From: the human T2T-CHM13v2.0 reference genome, Homo sapiens
DNA length: 64,000 bases
Reading direction: 5' to 3' (one strand)
Assembly (NCBI RefSeq): GCF_009914755.1
Contig: NC_060942.1
The notes below the pieces were generated by a model. It did not search any database. It saw only the letters and a list, made by a program, of their open reading frames with translations, and had not been told where the DNA came from. A program made the position numbers and the translations under genes. Below are positions 42,569 to 54,240 of this stretch, piece by piece (position 1 is the first letter of the stretch; each line of letters starts with the position of its first letter).

Positions 42569-43028
42569 CTACGTCATAGAAATTTTCTGAATACTAAATC
42601 TGTAAAAAGTACTTAGAACCTCATCTGGCGCATGATAAGCATTCCATAAATGTTAACAACTATTATTATTTCTGAGCCGAAACTGACATAGTGTCCCATA
42701 GTGGGGAAGGGAGTATGCCTGTGATTCTTTAATTTTCCTTTGAAAGTTTTAGCCATGAAGGAAGAAAAGGGTGTATTTACTGGAAAGGCAGGGATAAAAT
42801 GATTGTCTTTAAACAGATATGATTAATTCCCTAAGAGAAGCCAAAGGACTTAGCAAAAAGATTTTTAGAATCAGTGGTAGCAGGGAAATGGCCATATGTA
42901 AAAGAAATACATAAAAGTGAAACTTTCTCCAATATGTCAGTTTTAACTAATTAGAAAATATAGTGGTGGAGGGAAGCTACCAAATTTAAAGGGATCTTAT
43001 GGTGGATGTCCTTTGTTTTATTTTATTT

Positions 43029-43030
<2 letters not shown>

Positions 43031-43097
<67 letters not shown>

Positions 43098-43118
43098 GAG
43101 AGAGAGAGAGAGAGAGAG
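43031..43118. repeat. Compound microsatellite (AC)29(AT)4(AG)11
   Basis: Direct count. Confidence 0.97.
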
Positions 43119-43439
43119 CAAGCAATATGTGAAAATACAATAAGACCAAATAAGGTTTTCCTAAGAAGTCAAGAAGACTTACGTATATGTGTATATATAA
43201 TATATATGTTATATACATGTAAAACTATTATATTGGACTCTAATTCTTGAACTCTAAGGGATGAGTCTTATATGGTCTTGTATTATTTTTACATATTGCA
43301 TAATTTGATTTCTCAATATTTTCTTAGATTTTTGCATCTTAGATTTTCAGTGTGTCTTTTTGGTTAGGTTTTAGTACTGAGGTTACACCAGTTCCCTAAA
43401 AAACCAGGGACTCTTTTTATCCTTTGTAAGCCCTAGAGG

Positions 43440-43630
43440 TGGTTATACAGTGAGGCAATTGTGCAGTGAAAGGCAGGGTGGTGCAGGTGACCGTGGAATC
43501 AGATTCTGTGCTTTCAACCCTGCTTCTGTTTCCACCAGCCCTGTATGCAAGTTACACCATTTCTACAAGCTTTGTTTTCCTCATCTGCAAAATGGACACA
43601 GAAGTAGTACCTACATCAGAGGTGGGTGGA
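43440..43630 (+). mobile_element. MIR
   Basis: gcaagttac...ttttcctcatctgcaaaatgg...agtacctac. Confidence 0.65.
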
Positions 43631-44850
43631 AGCAGGGGTAGGGAAGGGTGAGAGGTCACAGATGCCCTGTTGTGAACCTGGCTGAATCTGGCCACACTCT
43701 TCACCCACTTGCCTCTTCCTTAGCTGGTCCCCTCCTTTACTCTGAACCTGGGATCTGGGGCCTCTTCCCCACCTCAGCCTGCTTCCACCATCCTTGTTTC
43801 CCAGTTCCATGCAGGTTTCTTCATGTATAGGATTTTGTGTACAGCAGAAGATAAGGTAGGAGCTAGAATATTGAAGCAGAGGAATTGTAAGTGATTAAAC
43901 TTCTAAAAAAAATAGGACTTTTTTTTTTCTTCTATGCTCTCTTAATTTCCATTAGGGTTTAGCTTAACAAACCAATTGCCTGGTTTCTCGGCATCCGGAA
44001 AAGATGACCCCTCCAGGATGGTGGGCTTGCTGGGTCTTGGCAGTCATTGTTTTTATTGAGAGGCCTGGAATCCCAGAGTGACCACCCTACATGCTCACTG
44101 TGGGTCTAGAGAATTATGTGGGGAAACACACACTCAAAGTGCAACTTTGCAGTTGTTTGAAGATACAAGAAGGGGCAACCAATGGACTCTTTCTGAAATT
44201 CTCCAGAACTTGGGGGCATTCTGAAATGTCTTCCCTGGCCAGCTCATGCTTTTTCTCTCTCTGGGCATCTATAGCATGTTCTTTGTCTGCTATTCATTTG
44301 ACATTTACCATTGACTTATAACTGCTGGTAATGCGAATTACAGAAAATCCTTGAGATTGGAAGACTAGGATTTACTGTTTCTAATAGTTAGAGCCTGGCC
44401 CCTGGCAGGGGTTCACTGATTTTCTGCTCCTAGCTGCTGTCCCCGCTACCCCAGAAAACCTTTCTTGGCAAGTCAAACAAAAAGCTGTCTATAATTCAAT
44501 TTGGTGCACTTAAATCAAAACTTTCTTCTGGTCTGGTCAGAAGAGTTGAAGGAGTGTTCATGTCAGGATTTTTGAGAGTGAGAGTTTTTTGTGGAGAATA
44601 TGTTTTTGTGGAAATCTGTGTTCACAGGAATCTTGAACTTCTGTAGACATCGTGTATTGGCTGCAAGCTTCTTGAGACTAATGGCTTCCATATAAAAAAT
44701 GTAAAACAAATGAACAAAGGAAAATGGAGGGGCTCATTGAATTTTGAGGGGACTCTGAATGCAGACTCTACTTGAAGCAGCTGCTCAGCTGGAGGCTACT
44801 GCATGCTTTGCAATTATGCAGCTGGGTTTCCTATTTTCTTTAAAAGAATC

Positions 44851-45185
44851 CATATTAGTCTGTTCTCATGCTGCTAATAAAGATATACTCGAGACTGGGT
44901 AATTTATAAAGAAAAAGAAGTTTAATGGACTCACAGTTCCTCATTGCTGGGGAGGCCTCACAATTATGGTGGAAGGTGAAGGAAGAGCAAAGGCACATCT
45001 TACATGGTGGCAGGCAAGAGAGTGTGTGCAGGGGAACTGCCCTTTATCAAACCATCAGATCTCATGAGACTTATTCACTATCACAAGAATGCCCCTGTGA
45101 TTCAGTTACCTCCCATGACTTTTGGGGATTATGGGAGCTACAATTCAAGATGATATTTGGGTGGAGACACAACCAAATCATATCA
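44851..45185 (-). mobile_element. MaLR solo LTR (THE1B/C-like)
   Basis: tattagtctgttctcatgctgctaataaaga...catatca; perfect TSD gaatc. Confidence 0.92.
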
Positions 45186-46269
45186 GAATCAACAAACCAT
45201 TGTTTAAACCATACTTCTGTCTCTTACCTGGTCAGATGAATAAAAAATGTAATTGATGTAGTCATTACTGTGAATTCATAATCACAGTATTAGTAGCGTG
45301 CCTTGGTGAGATCTCTGTTCCCTTCTCTCCAACACAACCACACACCAGGAGGCAGGAAAGCACTGCCAGATTCTGTTATACATTAAGCCCTGGTGGAGAG
45401 AGGTGAGGATGGACAGGGAATCCCGCTTCCAAGAGCCCTGCCACACTACCTGCTGCCATGCTGTTGGCTGGCTCTGCTTTTCCTTTGTCCACTGCCTTCC
45501 CCTTTTCTCCAAACCTCAAAGCCTTTGTTCCTGTTGGGTAGCCAGGACTCATGTTTTCTCCCCTTTATCTCCTTCTACCAACTGCTCCGTGCTTTGGTTC
45601 CTCTCTGCATAAAGCAGAATGGGCCCTAGTGGGAGTGGAACCTGGGGAGGTCTGCCCTTTTCCTTCCTCATGAGAAATGCAGTGAGAAGGAAGCAGAGGT
45701 GAGATGTGGTGTGGTGTAAATTGACGTTTCTGATAATAAGTAGTCTGTAAGCCTTCTTTTGTAGATTCCCATTTTCCTGTAAAAGTACAAGAGAAAAGCC
45801 AACACAGTCTTGAATTGATACACAGTAAAGCAGTTCTGATTACCCCATGATGTGTTCCCTTTTCCTATATCTGCCCCCAACCCCACAAAAAGGTAAAAAT
45901 AGCCATGAGAATGATGAAGCAGATTTGTGTTGTTACATTCCAGGAATTTCACTTCATGGACACAGATTTTAAAATTTTCCCAACATGGTCAAGCATGACT
46001 TTGTGCAGACTCTGTGGATGGAATGAATCGATGGAGCTTGGCAGTGAGATGCATGTGCCAAACCAACAAAGTCAGACTTCTTTATTTTATTTTTGTGAAA
46101 GTCCTGTGATGTCAACATTATTTCAGGATAGATTCTTATTCAGTGTGGGTCTCTGCTTCTCTGGATCCCCACTTAAGTGGGTATGTCAGAACCTTCACGT
46201 GGATTGACAGCATGTGAGGTGTCTCTGCTGACTCCTCTGATGCCCCTGTTTTGTCTCCTGTCTCGTTAG

Positions 46270-46334
46270 GCGGGGCAAGAAGCACAGCATCATCCTAAGG
46301 ACGCAGCTGTCTGTGAGGGTCCATGCCTGCATCG
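46270..46334 (+). CDS. FHOD3: FHOD3 coding exon (exon 3 by recall), 65 nt, phase 2 to phase 1: (G)RGKKHSIILRTQLSVRVHACI
   Basis: Acceptor ttttgtctcctgtctcgttag| and donor TCG|gtgagt. GG+G rebuilds a Gly codon with the previous exon; ILRTQLSVRV is characteristic of FHOD1/FHOD3. Confidence 0.97.
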
Positions 46335-47989
46335 GTGAGTGACACCTGCCCTCAGGAACTAAACATATGATGAAAGACGCGACTTATGGGAATAAAATAA
46401 AGATTCACTGTTATGCTGTCTGTTTGCACTAGCCCCTATCATGAGTTCTTAGAGTTTTAGTGAAACAATTTCCAGCAATGATTTTTGAAGGCCTGTTTCA
46501 TTCCAGCTTCCTCTGCTGTTTGGTTAGTGACTGGAGCGTGAGGTAAGACAGCTTGCTGGTGAGGTGCCTTTTGGCAGTGCTGGGGTAGATGAGGTTCTTC
46601 TGGGGACTGTGCCATTGTGAGCCTCTAGCACATTGACCTGATCTTCACGTGCCTCCTGGTGGCTCTGTGAGGCATGCCTGTGGGCAAGTGGAGTCTGGGG
46701 CTCCAGGTTGTTATCAGGTGACTAAAAGGAAAATCTTGGGTCAGTGCAGGATGAGGGTACGTGTGGATACAGGGCAAGATGCTCTTAAGCAAGCAAACAT
46801 ATTTGTGGTTCAGAATGGCTTGCTGCGGGAAGCCCAGTTTCCTCCTGGTAATGGGCCAAGTTGCGGCAAGAATATAATGTCATAAGAAGGAAAAAAAAGG
46901 AACTAAATTTCACTTTATGCCTAGAAGTTTTTAGTATCTGAGTAATTTTGCTTTTGTTTAATGTATGGTGTGGTCTTCATTTAATCCTCTAATCAAAAGA
47001 GCGTAGATCATCCTGTTGAGTCCTAGTCTATACCCGAAACATATTCATGGGTGGAGTGAAGGAAATTATTTCTGGTCCTTCCTTCACTCTGCTTCCCTAT
47101 TGGAGACCCAGGGATGGGGAGACCCAGGGCTGGAGATGGAGGGAAATCCATGTGATTTCACTTCATTTGGTGTGGAGGGTGGTGAGGTTGCAAGTGTCTT
47201 GAGTAACAACCTTTGCCTCACTCTGCAGCTAAAGAATAATTGTTCAGGTGACTCAAACTTCAGGGACTGAAAGGTCAGGGTGTCAGGAGGATTGGTAATC
47301 TTGTTGGAAACAAAGTAAGATCTGTAGGACCTCCAGCCAATATTGACTATTCTGCTTCTCAACTGCTTGTAGCACTGAGTAACTGTACAATGTATATGGG
47401 CACTTATATTAAATCGTGGCTTTTTTATTACCTGCTTCGTGTTTTCCCAGTGATTTCATATGTATAAATCATGTCTCTCTAAAGGAAAGGTCTGTGACAC
47501 GACTTTGGATAAACTTCCCCCTTACCCTCATCCCAGATCTAGAACAAATCCAGGCACGTAACATGTACTGAACAGTGTTGAAGTTAAATGTTGAAACACA
47601 GTTGATAACTACAAGAAATTTGGGACATGAATATGAATTGTTTTTTCCCAGGAATAGTAAGGTGGCAGAAAGCAGACTTGCATGAAAATGAGCTCAATCC
47701 AAATCCAAATGAGCTAACTCCTTTTAAGGAAACTCACTCCTTTGCAGTATGTAGTCAAATATTTCAGGTACAGGATTTTTTAAAAACAACTTCTGTGTTA
47801 TTGACTTGTCTTATGAACTTCTGTATCCTATCGTCCCATGTGATAGATGTAAGATGTGTGACATCTTATCCTGTGGCATGCTGAGCACCGACAGCCTCTG
47901 AAGCCCACACTCAACCAGGACACACATGCTCCCTGCTCTTGGGGTTGACCTGGGGTTTATGGAGTCAGTGTGCTTGCTCACAAACCTCT

Positions 47990-48535
47990 TTATGCCAATT
48001 GCACTGGTTATCAGAATTATGTAATTTAATGAAATAGTACCAAATATTTCATAAACTAATTAAATATGACTACATAAAGGTCACTGCTTCTTTGAAAGTT
48101 CACTATTTTGGAAAAGACTCAAAATTAGTCACTACAGAAGCATTTCTGTCAATGTAAATGTGTTATGATAACTATAAAAGGCGAGGGGGAATATTATAAA
48201 ATCTAAGAGGATTCTACTCTTCATAAGCATCTTCAGCTCCGCTGGACTTCAAAGAAACTAGACTGGAAATCAGACCTTGTTATTGGAGTGAGTTGTAAAA
48301 GAAAGTCTACATGGAATTCCAATGGGTAGATCCTTATTCAGAGAACTATTTGTGCCTCATCACAGGTAGACCGGCATGTTTTGCCACAATAGCTGCGAGT
48401 TCAAAATGTTGTAAGGTCTTGTTTATGTTTATGTATTTTTTTATGTATTGTTTTCAAAAGGATTTTCTGCTTTAATCAGCTTTTACCATTAATTGCCTTA
48501 GGCCTGATTATGTCAGATGAGAGGATTTGGCCGTA
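47990..48535. mobile_element. Possible old TcMar-Tigger fragment
   Basis: AT-rich; the end gtcagatgagaggatttggccgta resembles recalled Tigger terminal inverted repeats. Weak recognition. Confidence 0.35.
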
Positions 48536-51500
48536 TAAACTAACAGCAACACCTAAAAAAGGAAAAGTTTTTCCTTTGTATTAAAAGCCTTTTTTAAAAT
48601 TCCATTTCCTACTATTAGCAAGATCTGGAATAGGTTTATTAGCACTAAATATTATACTTTGGTTATGTATAGAAAATGGAATGTGTGCAATCATGTTGAT
48701 GAAGTACCTTCCCCTATTGTGACATATTCTTTCCCTTTCCAAATGGCAGTGTTAGATGAGATTTCTTATGGATAAAGAAAACAATACCCGGAACAATTTT
48801 GAGTCAAAATGACAATCGGAAATATGACAAGGAGAAAATAAACCTTTTTCACATCTGTTGTTTTAGTCTTTGTTTCTTCTCAAGGTTATTTCCCTCTTTA
48901 CCACAGAAGAAATAGTTGAAATATTAATGCTACAGGCTTGGGGCACAGTGGCTGCTGTCTCAGCCTCGCACCACATGCAACTCCCCTGAAGACGTTCCTT
49001 CCACCCACGATTGGACTGGAAGGATCCAGGACCAGGGTTTGTCTCCTGGGCTTAAAATGCTATCAAGTAAATGTCTCAAAAATAATGCTTTCCTCACCCT
49101 ACATTCTCTTCTCCTTCATTCCTGTTTTTATTAAGTAGAGGAATGTTTAGAATCCAGGACTGCATGTTAATGAGTTGGAGGTGAGGTGCTTTTGGAATTC
49201 TCCAGTGTTAACTTTGGAATCCAGCACCCTTTGGGATGAGAGTGTGGTGGGTGAGCCTTTATGGTTAGCAGCCCAGCAACCCTCACGAAAAATGAAGGCC
49301 ACAGGGGCTCTGCTTCGATGGTTACAGCTAGCAGCTGAAGCAGGTCTTTTCTGGTAGTGTAGTGGCTCTGAAGCATTTGGCCGGAGGTTGGAATGAGATT
49401 TTGGTATAGAGAGAGGCCTCAAACTTTTGTACCTCTGTGCTTTATCTCCACTGTAATTTTTATTTCTTTGTACATTTTTGGTATGACCACTTGATATTGC
49501 AGCGAACGCTGCACTTGCCTTCTTAATCTAGCTTCGATCTTTTCAAAGAAATGAAAATTTTGATGGTCATATCGTGGGCATACACTTACAGATAAGAATT
49601 AAGACGTATGATAGACATGAGAAGTCTGCATTTTATGAGGTTAGCTAGAGAAAATAAATTTTTTGGTCCCTGAAAAGTGATCCTGTTTCCAGACACCAGA
49701 AAAATGTTCAGAGGGCCAACTGGCTCTGATAACTAAATCTCATCATGAAGAGAAAGGAACTAAAGAATTGTGGGGTAAGGAATGGAATCTAGGACTTAAA
49801 AAAATAAGGTTTGAAGTCGTTAAGACCCTAAAGTTAATATGTGAGTGTTTTTTACTGGCTGGCTTTGAAGGCATTTTGTTGGGCTAAAAACCCCTGGGCT
49901 TCAATTTTCTGAAGCAGATTTTGTCTTCCCATTTAGAAAGTAAAACCCTGGCGATTGATTCTCTGGGTTCCAGGAGGCCTGTCCTTTCAAGTGTCCAATA
50001 TTGAGTTAAACAAAAGTGTAAAATTTGGGTGAAGATTCCAAAATATCATTTATGCTTGCAGCTGTGAAAGAATCCTGGCACAAAGGGCCTTTAGAGGCAT
50101 TTCAGAATCCTATGAGATGATGAGGTCTGCTTGTGAGGGACAGAGATGAGTCAGGCAGAGGCTGTCAAGGGGGCTGAAGCAACTGATCTCTGCATAAGAT
50201 GCATCTAATTACTCAGATGGTCAAGTCACAGGGACAAAGGCAACTTTTAAAGGCAAGAAAATGATATGAGAGAAGGCCACTCCATTAATGCCAGTTTCCA
50301 GCAACAGAAACATCAACAGCAAAAGCCATCAATGTATAATTTGCAAGGCATTTTTCTCTTGCAGGCCCTATCATGCAGCCGTGTGCTTTGCACTACATTG
50401 TTATAGCAAAGAGATGAATTATAAACAGTGCAACATTTCCTCAAGAAGAACCTCCTAGTGCAAGAGTAACAAAGGGGATTCATCTCACAGCCAGCCGATT
50501 TAGGAGCATTGGCTCCCTGGGGCGCTGTGTTGAGCAAGGTCCTGAGGCTGTGTGCAGTCTTAATGGGAAAGGATCCTGCATCGGTACCCTCTTACACTGG
50601 TGGTGATGGAGGTGGTGTACATATGTGTGCCATGAGGTGGCAGCTCAGGTGAGGTGCAGGTTTTGTCCAGTGCTTGAGCCTCCTGTAGCTACAGTATAGG
50701 GGTCCCTGGGCTTCTGTATTCGAAGGGTGGGGAATGGCACTGTAATTCATGACCCCCAACCACTGTCCCCTCTCCTTTCTTCCCAGACCCTTTCCAGGTT
50801 CTGCCCTTCTTCTTCAGCCTGTGAATCTGAGCATGACTTCTCTCCCACTTCACTGTGTTTTCTGACCAGACCGAGTACCACCTTCCTCCACCTCTGGGTG
50901 TCTTTCCCTCTAATCAATTTGAGCTGGTTTCTCATGGCTGAGCCCTCCTGGCTTGCAGGGAGGCCCCCCTCTAGCTTCCTTTTCTGACATTTCACTTGCC
51001 CCTAGGGTGGCCTTTGGAAAATTAGCTGGATTCCCATGTGGTCCTTACTGCTTCTTGGCTCTGTGTCAGTTTGGAATTTCCATAAAAACTAGAGGTTTCC
51101 TATGGGAAGCAGCAAATTGTCTTTTTGACACTCTTGTTCTGACAGCACCTGAGTGCTGTTTCTGTGCTAGCTAGTAAAGATGAGGCCCATGGAGCACTGT
51201 GTGCTGAGAGACATGAGGCCTGAATGGTGATGCGTGTGTGCTCGGGCACCTGGCCCCTCTGGGTGCTTGCTGTAGGATCCACACAGATGCAGCTGGCCCT
51301 CTGTGGTCTACTCCATGGCAGACTCCCCACACGTCCACTGTATGCTGCAGAAAGGGAGCTGGCTGCTCCCTGACTGGGAGACACCCCCATCCCATCCCCT
51401 GGCCATCTGTTCCCCTCTTAGCCCACCTGCCCTGCTTTCATTGACTCCAGGCCCTGGACCTGGGCTTCTGGCTGGCTCTGTCCTGCATTCCACAAGAAGC

Positions 51501-52264
51501 TGCTTCTGCTCCTGTCCTGCCTCTACCATGCAGCTTAGATTTGGAGCTGCAGGTGGTACACCCTCTTTGCCCTGTCCCTGGACATCATGGTGGCTAAGCT
51601 CACAGTGTCCTTGCTGTGCTCCTCCCTGGTGGCATCAGGTGCATTGAGTCATCACACTTCCTATTTTCTGTTCTTTGATGCCAGGATCCTCTGATTCTCC
51701 AGAAGCCCTGGAAACCATCTCTCATTCTTCCAAAGATGTTCATCTTGTTGCAAAGGCTCCTGAGTGGCCAACTGCAGCCTCAGCATGAGATGGGTTTGAC
51801 ACTGAGTCTCCCCTTGCAGCAGGAGACTCCCAGTGCTTGGTCCTTTAAAAATAAAAATAAAAAACCTCCTCTCCTTTATACCCCAAGTCTGTGACCTGTT
51901 TCTGCCTGTGGTTCTGTTTTCTAGGTAAGAATGAGCTCTGTGGGTTAATCAGATAAGAACCTCACATCATCTGTTTCCCATTAATCTGTCACAGCTCCCA
52001 GGAGACAGATCCCAAGGCGTGCATGTGTCTAGAAGGCCCTTAGGTCTCGGCTGAGGGAGATTTCTTAGGCAGGTCAGCCTGTCAGCCTCTGCACTCTGTG
52101 TGGGTAGCTGCCTCTAAGGGGCCTTCCATCAGACTGGAATTGACAGGTGTGTCCAACCCCTGTCCCCCCTGGACCCCTCTGCCACAAAAAAAAAAAAAAA
52201 AAAAAGAGAGATGGGAAGGATGTAAAACATACTTTAAGGTTTATTAACATACATGAGAGTGTAG

Positions 52265-52574
52265 TTTTTGTTTGTTTGTTTTTGTTTTGAGACAAAGTTT
52301 TGCTCTTGTTGCCCATGCTGGAGTGCAGTGGCGTGATCTCAGCTCACTGCAACCTCCGCTTTCCCGGGTTCAAGTGATTCTCCTGCCTCAGCCTCCTGAG
52401 TAGCTGGAACTACAGGCATGCACCACCATGCCCAGCTATTTTTTTTGTATTTTTAGTAAAGACAGGGTTTCACCATGTTGGCCAGGCTGGTCTTGAATTC
52501 CTGACCTCAGGCGATCTGCCCACCTCGGTCTCCCAAAGTGCTGGGATTACAGGCATGAGCCACCGTGTCTGGCC
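52265..52574 (-). mobile_element. AluS (Sq/Sp-like)
   Basis: Reverse dimer with gctcttgttgccc. Confidence 0.93.
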
Positions 52575-54017
52575 AAGTCTAGTCCTTAAATGCTGGGAAC
52601 CATTCAGTTCTGTCACACGTCTTTCCACACGTTATATTCATATGATATATAACTCGGGATTGATTTCTCACCATAATGGAAAGAGCAACTAAAGAATGAA
52701 TTTAAAGAGTGGCTTTACCATCTACAGACATGCGGATAAACAGAAATACAGAGGATGAATAAAGAGGAGACACACACTTGTGAGAGAGAGGTAGCGTGGA
52801 ACCTTCTGGATAGGGCTGGAAGCTCAGGTCAGCTCTGGGAATTATGAAGCACCAAGAGAGGGAAAATGGACAGGAACAATGTGAATTGAATCACAGGAAA
52901 GAAAGCAGATATCTCAGGGTCTCTTACGACAGCTTCATTTCATATTTGTATTTGGCCTTTTCCCCATTTTACTTTAATTAAATTATTTATTGCTTCTTTA
53001 GGACTTGGTTACCTTTCATCTCTAGGGATCTCGAGGTGTTGGATAATGGAATTTGGAGCCATTATCAGTGTGTTTACTCTTCAATGTCCATGTAATTGTT
53101 TATATCCTGGTTGGTCACTTAACAAGGAACATGAAAATCTGGCAAACAAAACTGATAATGGAGAATGAAGTCCCATTGATAGGGATGCCTGTAGCATGTG
53201 TTACCAGATAAGTTTAAATCACGTGCTGGCAGTTAGACTCCTAAGTTCCTATCCAGCAAAACATCAGTTATATGCAGAAAACAACTTCTGATAGGGAAAC
53301 CACCCTGGTTTTGACTAGAGTGTCTGCATAAATACTTTCCTTTCACAAGTCTGGCCTGCTTCTGGGGTGTGATGTGAGCTCTAGTGACCAGCTCTGAGTG
53401 CCTTTGGCTGTCCCCATGAAGAGACAACTTTATTTTTGGCACTGGACAATCAAAATTTATGTCAGGAAACAAAATGCTTTGTCTTATTTATAGAAATTTT
53501 GGTATCCAGAGGGTGTGGGAGTTGAAAAGGAGGATGGATGGTTCAAAAATGTCTTGCTGAAGAAAGTTCTTTGAGGAGTGGGTGCATGTCAATGTATTTT
53601 TCACATCTCAACATTTCTGTTGTATTAGAAATACCTAATGGGAAGCATTTTAACTCAGAAAAAAAACATATAGAAAGCATTCATAATTCAGCGAAACTGC
53701 TACCAGTTCAAGATTTATTTTAAAGGAGGAAAGAAAGGCATTGGAGAATTGTTACAAGTGCTGTCATCTCAAGCCCATATACTGGAGTAATAGCAACAGA
53801 ATAAGAAGAAAAGTTAAAAGGTTCTGCTCATTATTTTAGGATAATTGAAAAAAAGGAAACAGATTCTATTAATTGTTCACAGAAGTAACATGACTTATCT
53901 GTAATCCCAGTAACTGGATTATGGGCATGTGGGCAGGAAGAGGCACTATCTTGCTAGGATGTAGAGAGATCATTGGGGCAAGGGATAGAGCCACGTTACT
54001 GGTCAATACTTCGGTCA

Positions 54018-54240
54018 TCTCCCTTCCTCCCTCCCTCCCTCCCTCACTCCCTTCCTCCCTTCATTCCCCTCCCTCCCTTCCCTCTCTTCCCTCCCTGCCT
54101 CCTTTCCTCTCTCCCTTTTTCCCTTTCTCTCTCTTTCTTTTGTTTTCTTTTCTTTTCTTTTCTTTTCTTTTCCTTTCCTTTCCTTTCCTTTCCTTTCCTT
54201 TCCTTTCCTTTCCTTTCTCTGTATCTCTTTCTTTCTTTTC
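54018..54240. repeat. Polypyrimidine low-complexity tract: (CCCT)n, (TTTTC)n, (CCTTT)n
   Basis: Direct reading; about 220 bp, almost purine-free on +. Confidence 0.97.

Noticed and set aside
42999-43250. HT- and CV-repeat ORFs
   Set aside because: Translations of the (AC)n repeat.
41314-45185. THE1 LTRs as the ends of one provirus
   Set aside because: Each has its own TSD, orientations differ, and no internal sequence is present.
50575-50585. cctgcatcggt, matching the 3' end of exon 3 (possible duplicated exon)
   Set aside because: Only 11 nt of identity, with no upstream similarity to the exon.
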